From positions 32,177-96,176 of IMG/VR virus record IMGVR_UViG_3300034101_001153: a DNA stretch of 64,000 bases. One strand, written 5' to 3'. Of this stretch, positions 59,441 through 64,000 are shown piece by piece. The DNA comes from a virus. The translations under genes were made by a program, and so were the position numbers. Numbering within the stretch: position 1 is the stretch's first letter; the number at the start of each line of letters is the position of its first letter. A model generated the notes under the pieces. It saw nothing but the letters and a program-made list of their open reading frames with translations. It had not been told where the DNA came from and did not search any database.

Positions 59441-59608
59441 ATGCATCGTGCAAAGATCACCGCGCTCTCGCAATACAGCGGCGAGCAGGTTCACATCGTT
59501 GAGGTAGAAGGTCACACCTTCTACGCGACAGTAGTTGGCACCGTCAAGGGCATCACGCTCGCTGGTGCCGTTGTCACCGCCCTTGAGATTGAGGAGGTGT
59601 CCGCATGA
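59441..59608 (+). CDS. hypothetical protein
   Basis: SD AAAGGAG; track start at 59393 lies inside the promoter motif. Confidence 0.7.
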   Translation: MHRAKITALSQYSGEQVHIVEVEGHTFYATVVGTVKGITLAGAVVTALEIEEVSA

Positions 59609-59892
59609 TTGAGGTTTCTCGTATCGTCAAGGGCTTTGCCCATGACCTGCCTGCCTTGTTTGAGGCTCCCATCGTTTCGGGCAACTTTGTTGCCACTCTT
59701 TGGATGACCGCCGAACCTATGACGGACTGGCGCAACTATGAGTTTGTGCGCGTCACTGAGGTTGAGTCTGGCGAAAGTATTGACCTAGACATCTATGACA
59801 GCGTAACATGGCTACAGCCCGAAGATGCCGACAGCCCTGCGCTACAGGCTGAACTCATTACTGCACTTGCTGCGAAAGGAATAGAACTGTGA
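59605..59892 (+). CDS. hypothetical protein
   Basis: SD GGAGGT, ATGA overlap. Confidence 0.75.
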   Translation: MIEVSRIVKGFAHDLPALFEAPIVSGNFVATLWMTAEPMTDWRNYEFVRVTEVESGESIDLDIYDSVTWLQPEDADSPALQAELITALAAKGIEL

Positions 59893-59984
59893 GAACCTTT
59901 GCACAACATCTCTTGTCTTTTGTAATCGTTGGCGGTATTCTTACTGCTATGGCTATCGCTGGTGGAATAGAGGGAGGCTTCTAA
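59889..59984 (+). CDS. 31-aa membrane peptide
   Basis: GTG start overlapping stop; hydrophobic; not in track. Confidence 0.6.
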   Translation: MRTFAQHLLSFVIVGGILTAMAIAGGIEGGF

Positions 59985-60256
59985 TGGTAAAGGTTCAGTC
60001 TTTCGATGGTATGTCCTTGGTGAATGCGAAGGCTGAGATTCAGCACCCGCTCGCTGATGAGGTGTCTATCGCTATTGGTGATGGTGCCATGGCACGCTTC
60101 CCCTACTCTGTAGAACTTGCATTCTTCAAGAATGGCGATTGGCAAGAGTATATTCTTGAAGAGTTTGCTGCATATCACTCTGGCGGTGTGTATGCGTATG
60201 TTCCCTTGGAGATGTTCGCTAACTTCCTTGAGGCTTGGAGGGTTCGGTATGCTTGA
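59984..60256 (+). CDS. hypothetical protein
   Basis: SD GGAGG. Confidence 0.75.
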   Translation: MVKVQSFDGMSLVNAKAEIQHPLADEVSIAIGDGAMARFPYSVELAFFKNGDWQEYILEEFAAYHSGGVYAYVPLEMFANFLEAWRVRYA

Positions 60257-60437
60257 TCTTCATGATTCCCGCACGGGACGGACGTATCGTTGGAATGAAT
60301 CGCACACCGTCAGCATCTATAACCGCGAGGGTGAAGAAATCGACTGCTTCACCTTTGGATTCATGGCAGACGGTAGCACTCCAACCTTTGTAGAGTTTTG
60401 CGCGGCAGTGAATAGGAGAATTAGAGAGTATGTCTAA
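60249..60437 (+). CDS. hypothetical protein (MLDLHDS...)
   Basis: SD GGAGG; overlap coupling. Confidence 0.7.
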   Translation: MLDLHDSRTGRTYRWNESHTVSIYNREGEEIDCFTFGFMADGSTPTFVEFCAAVNRRIREYV

Positions 60438-60630
60438 CGTGAAAGTCAATCCACCCGATGCATTCATCATGAATTGCAAGATGATGTATAACGAGGTCGG
60501 GCAGATGCAGGATCGCATCAGTAGAATGTGGGCATCATCCGATGGTGAGCGTGATCAGTCCATGCTGGAATACATAGAGGACATGCTAGAGAATATCGAA
60601 ATAGAGTTGCGAAATAGACTTGACAATTAG
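60430..60630 (+). CDS. hypothetical protein
   Basis: SD AGGAG. Confidence 0.7.
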   Translation: MSNVKVNPPDAFIMNCKMMYNEVGQMQDRISRMWASSDGERDQSMLEYIEDMLENIEIELRNRLDN

Positions 60631-60668
60631 CGTTTTGTGGCCCGGCACACCTAGCGCACTTTGTCAAG
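60619..60668. repeat. CTTGACAA-GGCCCGGCAC-TTGTCAAG element, copy 1
   Basis: 8-bp IR flanking a central conserved decamer. Confidence 0.8.
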
Positions 60669-60678
60669 TCCTTTAAGA

Positions 60679-60694
60679 TGTGATTTACGACACT
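60679..60694. promoter_or_regulatory. CRP/GlxR-like box
   Basis: TGTGA-TTTACG-ACACT. Confidence 0.45.
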
Positions 60695-60783
60695 CACGAA
60701 AATGTCCCAGATAGCGGAACAGACCCCCTTCACTGTCAGACCCCCATGATAAGGTATACCTAGATAGAAAGAAGGGTTTTACC

Positions 60784-60903
60784 ATGACAAAGTTCGCATA
60801 CATTGACTACTCCGCCGACGCGCAAGAGCGCGAGGATTGGCTGGCATGGCTCCAGGCTAAGGCTGAAGAGCGTAGACTGTCAGACTCTCATGGTAAGGTA
60901 TGA
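60784..60903 (+). CDS. 39-aa hypothetical (MTKFAYID...)
   Basis: Behind motif promoter and SD. Confidence 0.65.
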   Translation: MTKFAYIDYSADAQEREDWLAWLQAKAEERRLSDSHGKV

Positions 60904-60905
60904 GC

Positions 60906-61010
60906 ATGAACCTAGAAGAACTATACGAGAACTTCCTCCGCTTGGAGGCCACCCTTGACCTTGACCCCAACCCTTGGGTGTCAGACCATGATGATAAGGT
61001 GAAGCCATGA
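60906..61010 (+). CDS. 34-aa hypothetical, leaderless
   Basis: ATG 6 nt after TAAGGT. Confidence 0.65.
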   Translation: MNLEELYENFLRLEATLDLDPNPWVSDHDDKVKP

Positions 61011-61138
61011 CAACATACAAGGTGTTCGTAGATGGAGAGTTTTTCTCCACGGTTGCCACCCGCGAGGGTGCTGAGACTATTCGTGACTTTTGGGCATCAC
61101 CCCGTCAGACTGTTGAGATTGTGGAGGTGGGAGCATGA
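61007..61138 (+). CDS. 43-aa hypothetical, leaderless
   Basis: ATG 6 nt after TAAGGT. Confidence 0.7.
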   Translation: MTTYKVFVDGEFFSTVATREGAETIRDFWASPRQTVEIVEVGA

Positions 61139-61278
61139 CCACAGTAGAGTTTGAGAAGGCATGGCTGGATAACTACTACATGCTTGGCGACCATGCTTTC
61201 GACTATGCGCGGTGCATGTATCTGGACGACGGCACTCTGATTGTCGATGGAGTGCGCTATGAGGAGGTTCCTTTCTAA
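61135..61278 (+). CDS. 47-aa acidic protein ending EEVPF
   Basis: SD GGAGGT, ATGA overlap. Confidence 0.7.
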   Translation: MTTVEFEKAWLDNYYMLGDHAFDYARCMYLDDGTLIVDGVRYEEVPF

Positions 61279-61430
61279 TGCAGAATATCTACAAGGTCTA
61301 CTACGGTGGACAGTACATGTGTTCATTCTTTGATAGGGATGGTGCCCTTGATTGGGTCGCCACCCTCCTCGCGGAAGGCGAGGGGACCTTCGATGACTAC
61401 GAGATTCTGGATGGGAGTGACTTCCTATGA
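61278..61430 (+). CDS. 50-aa hypothetical
   Basis: SD GGAGG, TAATG overlap. Confidence 0.7.
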   Translation: MQNIYKVYYGGQYMCSFFDRDGALDWVATLLAEGEGTFDDYEILDGSDFL

Positions 61431-61558
61431 GTTACCATCCCATCACTCACGATGAATTCGATCAGATACTGCGCGAGTCGGAGATTCGTTGTCGGACCCT
61501 CATGATAGGATCTTTCTATGTTGAGAAGCAGGAAGCAAGCGGGGAAGCACAAGACTAA
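61427..61558 (+). CDS. 43-aa hypothetical
   Basis: SD GGGAG, ATGA overlap. Confidence 0.5.
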   Translation: MSYHPITHDEFDQILRESEIRCRTLMIGSFYVEKQEASGEAQD

Positions 61559-61664
61559 TTGCTACTTTGGCTGTTGCCGTAGCATGACCAAGAAGCAGGA
61601 ACGTCGCTACCTGAAGCGGCGGGAAACTAACGAGTGGAAGAAGGATCAGAATGTGGCAGGATAG
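61518..61664 (+). CDS. 48-aa basic Cys-containing protein, leaderless
   Basis: ATG 6 nt after TAGGAT. Confidence 0.65.
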   Translation: MLRSRKQAGKHKTNCYFGCCRSMTKKQERRYLKRRETNEWKKDQNVAG

Positions 61665-61866
61665 TGCAGCGTGCAAGGATGCAGACTCTAGTCTGTTTCT
61701 AAGTGGTGTGACCTCGCGTGTAGAGAAGGCTAAGGCTATTTGTGCAACGTGTAGCGTGATCGACAAGTGCCTTGCATTTGCGATTGCTAATGAAGATTTT
61801 GAGCCGCATGTCTACGGTGGAATGACTGGTGAGGAGAGGCGGCGTGTCGCCTTGACAAATGCCTGA
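61651..61866 (+). CDS. whiB: WhiB-family transcription factor
   Basis: WQDSAAC...AKAICATCSVIDKCL...VYGGMTGEERR. Confidence 0.92.
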   Translation: MWQDSAACKDADSSLFLSGVTSRVEKAKAICATCSVIDKCLAFAIANEDFEPHVYGGMTGEERRRVALTNA

Positions 61867-61901
61867 AAGTGGGCCCGGCACGCCCAATCATATTTGTCAA
61901 G
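61851..61901. repeat. CTTGACAAAT-GGCCCGGCAC-ATTTGTCAAG element, copy 2
   Basis: Perfect 10-bp IR around the central decamer. Confidence 0.8.
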
Positions 61902-61911
61902 TGCTTACGAC

Positions 61912-61927
61912 TGTGATTAAGACCACA
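61912..61927. promoter_or_regulatory. CRP/GlxR-like box
   Basis: TGTGA-TTAAGA-CCACA. Confidence 0.5.
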
Positions 61928-61972
61928 CTGAAATATTCGCAGAATGTCAGCCCCCTATGCTATAGTCGTGCT

Positions 61973-62119
61973 ATGAGTAATCGTGTGAGCCACCGCCGTA
62001 GCGCGGAGCATAATCGTATCGTGCAGGAGCGCCGCCGTTCTAGTGCCGCGCAGCCTCATAAGAATAAGGCCAAGTATTCGCGCAAGGCCAAGCATCGTAA
62101 CCGTTTCGTTACCGACTGA
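61973..62119 (+). CDS. 48-aa highly basic peptide with ArfA-like tail, leaderless
   Basis: ATG 6 nt after TATAGT; HKNKAKYSRKAKH. Confidence 0.7.
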   Translation: MSNRVSHRRSAEHNRIVQERRRSSAAQPHKNKAKYSRKAKHRNRFVTD

Positions 62120-62169
62120 TACCCCTTATCCCCCTATCCATTGTCAGACCCCCATGATAGGATCATTCC

Positions 62170-62727
62170 ATGATTACAGTTACCGCCCCTGAGGGCACCA
62201 TCGAATACGCTACCTATGCCGCTCGCTTTGAGAGCCTTATCATGACCGCCACCCTCGCGCAGATGGAGCAAGCCTCCGTCTGGTATCGTGACGCGGAGGA
62301 GGTTGCGGAGGAGGTTGCTCGCAACCTTGACACTACCCTAGAGGTAGGCGCATCCATTGTCGCAGCATTCTCGCCGCGTGAGCGTTGGTCCACTAACGTC
62401 GCTAAGGCTATCGCGTTCTCGCTTGGCTCGCGTCCCGCTGGCCTTGGCAATAACCTCCGCATGGCAGATGCCGCGCTCGCGGCAGGCTTCGATGCGCTCA
62501 AGGGTCCTAAGACTAACGCTTTCGCTCGCGCTATCGCAGGCGACACTAACGCGGTTGTCATTGACGTTTGGATGATGCGTGCGGCAGGCATGGAGACTGA
62601 CTCTCCTAATAAGACTCAATACGCTCTACTGTCTGAGGCTGTCACCGCTGTCGCTGCACAGTTTGGCATCACGCCTCGCACCGCGCAGGCTCTTATCTGG
62701 ATCATCGTGCGAGGGGGTGCGGCGTGA
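62170..62727 (+). CDS. conserved phage protein, possible HhH-GPD glycosylase-like fold, leaderless
   Basis: WY...AAFSP...W...GPKTNAF...VVIDVW...QALIW. Confidence 0.65.
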   Translation: MITVTAPEGTIEYATYAARFESLIMTATLAQMEQASVWYRDAEEVAEEVARNLDTTLEVGASIVAAFSPRERWSTNVAKAIAFSLGSRPAGLGNNLRMADAALAAGFDALKGPKTNAFARAIAGDTNAVVIDVWMMRAAGMETDSPNKTQYALLSEAVTAVAAQFGITPRTAQALIWIIVRGGAA

Positions 62728-62782
62728 ACGATATCACGCTAGAGAATTTTCGGGAGATGTTGCGCGACTTTTCGGGGGTGTG

Positions 62783-62854
62783 ATGCTTCTTCTATCTATT
62801 TTGGTAGTGTCGCTTCTCGCGCTAGGGTTTCTCATATCACTTAGAAAGGAGTGA
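62783..62854 (+). CDS. 23-aa hydrophobic peptide
   Basis: MLLLSILVVSLLALGFLISLRKE, coupled to a 19-aa ORF at 62724-62783. Confidence 0.45.
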   Translation: MLLLSILVVSLLALGFLISLRKE

Positions 62855-62881
62855 AAAACCCTTATTTTTAAAGGGTTTTTT
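62854..62881 (+). terminator. intrinsic terminator
   Basis: AAAAACCCTT/AAGGGTTTTTT. Confidence 0.75.
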
Positions 62882-62890
62882 GGAACTGGC

Positions 62891-62919
62891 GGCCCGGCAC
62901 ATCTTATTCATCATGTCAA
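62891..62919. repeat. GGCCCGGCAC...TGTCAA element, copy 3 (left arm missing)
   Basis: Same decamer and right arm at the same spacing. Confidence 0.7.
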
Positions 62920-63032
62920 ATCATTATTAAGATAATTATTACGGAGTCACTGAAAAAGTCACTGAAATTTTTCTTGATGCTGTCAGACCCATCTGCTATA
63001 TTTATATCACCTAGACAGAAAGGATATCCGTT

Positions 63033-63188
63033 ATGGCAAAGAATAAGGGAAACAAGTTCTCATATCTTGAGACTTGGAACACTCGCTACGGGACTCAGAC
63101 TCGTATTGTCACCCGTATTAATGGCAAGTTCGTTGATTCCACCCCCGCACTTGAGACACTTCGCAAGGGCGTCCCTGCTGGTCGCTGA
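63033..63188 (+). CDS. 51-aa basic hypothetical (MAKNKGNKF...)
   Basis: Motif promoter plus SD GAAAGGA; not in track. Confidence 0.75.
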   Translation: MAKNKGNKFSYLETWNTRYGTQTRIVTRINGKFVDSTPALETLRKGVPAGR

Positions 63189-63197
63189 CTAGCAGAA

Positions 63198-63227
63198 TGA
63201 TCCTGGGCATGATCGCTAAAACTGCCT
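63198..63227 (+). ncRNA. H-type pseudoknot motif, copy 1
   Basis: GATC-CTGGGCAT-GATC-GCTAAAAC-TGCCT. Confidence 0.6.
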
Positions 63228-63314
63228 GAGGGGACATGCGATCCGCTATCACACCTTGTTTGGCGAATGGAGGGTGGGATTCCTTCCTAAGATAGCATCA
63301 ACTCGCTTCCCCTC
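63228..63314 (+). ncRNA. candidate multi-helix ncRNA abutting tRNA-Leu
   Basis: GAGGGGA/TCCCCTC, GCGA/TCGC, GCTATC/GATAGC, CACCTT/AGGGTG. Confidence 0.55.
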
Positions 63315-63316
63315 TA

Positions 63317-63398
63317 GCCCAAGTGGTGGAATTGGCAGACACGCACGACTCAAAATCGTGTTCCGCTTGGAGTGTGGGTTCAAGTCCCACCTTGGGCA
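63317..63398 (+). tRNA. tRNA-Leu (CAA)
   Basis: GCCCAAG/CTTGGGC, CACGA-CTCAAAA-TCGTG, variable arm, GGTTCAAGTCC. Confidence 0.95.
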
Positions 63399-63504
63399 CG
63401 CTAGTTATAGCACCTTGGACAATGCACCTGTATACAGAGAGGGTCGCAACCAATCATATATAGGGCCGAGATTCAAGGTCACTAGGCAAGCAACTCATAT
63501 ATGA

Positions 63505-63531
63505 CTTCCTGAGCATGAAGATAAAAGGCTC
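63505..63531 (+). ncRNA. H-type pseudoknot motif, copy 2
   Basis: CTTC-CTGAGCAT-GAAG-ATAAAAG-GCTC followed by a T-tract. Confidence 0.6.
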
Positions 63532-63595
63532 CTTTTTCTTGATAATGTCAGACCCATATGATAGAGTTCTACTACCTACTAAGAAAGGAAGCATA

Positions 63596-63742
63596 ATGAT
63601 TACTGTTGGCTCACAGTTCACCACCGCCAAGAGCGGTGTCACAGGTACGGTTCAGGAGGTTGTCACCAACACTAGTGGTTCGATGCGCGTTCGCCTTAGC
63701 GTGAATGGTCAGGACCGCTGGACGACTGTGAAGGGTGCATAG
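63596..63742 (+). CDS. 48-aa KOW/SH3-like protein
   Basis: Motif promoter plus SD GAAAGGAAG; MITVGSQF... Confidence 0.75.
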   Translation: MITVGSQFTTAKSGVTGTVQEVVTNTSGSMRVRLSVNGQDRWTTVKGA

Positions 63743-63744
63743 TC

Positions 63745-64000
63745 ATGGGAGACCGCGCTAACTTTGGAATCCGTCAGAATGACGGCAACATCATCTTCAT
63801 CTACGGACATTGGGCAGGCGAGGGTATGCTTGCTAAGTTTGCTAATGCTCTTGATCATGTTCAGAATGTTGGACGTATTGACGACCAGGCTTATGCAAAT
63901 CGCATCATCATCTCGCAGTTGGTTGGCGAGTCTTGGTCTGGCGATCTTGGCTGGGGTGTTACTGTGAACTACCTTGCAGACAACGAGCATAAGGTTCCTG
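63745..64000 (+). CDS. hypothetical protein, truncated by window end
   Basis: MGDRANF...IYGHWAG open to the end of the window. Confidence 0.75.
   Translation, partial: MGDRANFGIRQNDGNIIFIYGHWAGEGMLAKFANALDHVQNVGRIDDQAYANRIIISQLVGESWSGDLGWGVTVNYLADNEHKVP

Larger units (their letters stand above)
59308..63567 (+). repeat. 10 dispersed copies of promoter motif TGTCAGACCC-N3-TGnTAnnnT
   Basis: Starts at 59308, 59394, 60734, 60878, 60979, 61490, 61945, 62142, 62981 and 63546. Confidence 0.9.

Noticed and set aside
60620-61901. TTGACA hexamers of the IR elements as ordinary promoters
   Set aside because: No -10 at 16-19 nt in either direction; that position is occupied by the GC-rich core
63256-63504. 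82-aa plus-strand ORF
   Set aside because: Spans tRNA-Leu and the structured elements; TTG start without SD
63198-63531. Pseudoknots as pistol, HDV/theta or hammerhead ribozymes
   Set aside because: They resemble only the P1/UAAA part of pistol and lack P2/P3; no CUGAUGA/GAAA core; no HDV nested double pseudoknot after any tRNA
59308-63567. Dispersed repeats as a CRISPR array
   Set aside because: Spacing is irregular (86 to over 1300 bp), genes lie between copies and each copy contains a -10 box
59393-63595. ORF starts or N-termini reading MSDP/LSDP (59393, 62974, 63515) and the 61859 start
   Set aside because: These are translations of the promoter motif or IR element; real starts lie downstream at SD or leaderless positions
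1-64000. Stop-codon reassignment
   Set aside because: Long genes are intact in the standard code, TAA/TAG/TGA all end genes, and there is no suppressor tRNA

Overview
A 64 kb piece of a large lytic siphovirus genome, probably infecting an Actinobacterium. The host inference rests on WhiB, leaderless mRNAs, a DnaE-type polymerase and a gene order like Streptomyces BE/BK-type and freshwater actinophages. Positions 1-57.9 kb are AT-rich and read almost entirely on the minus strand. In transcription order they hold the lysis genes, class II RNR, portal/protease/capsid/neck/tail genes (with a -1 frameshifted tail chaperone, a 2157-aa tape measure and a 1479-aa fibre), a replication/recombination block (DnaB, primase, SSB, DnaE, RecA, Cas4-like nuclease, two resolvases), terminase, a SPOUT methyltransferase and seven tRNA genes. 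From 57.9 kb genes are on the plus strand (ThyX). At ~59.2 kb the DNA turns abruptly GC-richer and becomes an array of tiny genes. Highlights: (1) a modular regulatory grammar in the right-hand region, with 10 copies of a TGTCAGACCC-box/extended -10 promoter (five leaderless), CRP-like boxes and inverted-repeat elements centred on GGCCCGGCAC, which hold the only CCGG sites of that region; (2) a D-armless, long-variable-arm tRNA with a UAU anticodon; (3) three structured RNAs ending 2-3 nt before a tRNA 5' end, and a non-coding block bracketed by two covarying pseudoknots; (4) an [S/T]-A-S motif enriched in outer virion proteins, possibly a glycosylation sequon; (5) strong AGCT and CCGG avoidance. 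All calls were made by eye without database searches.
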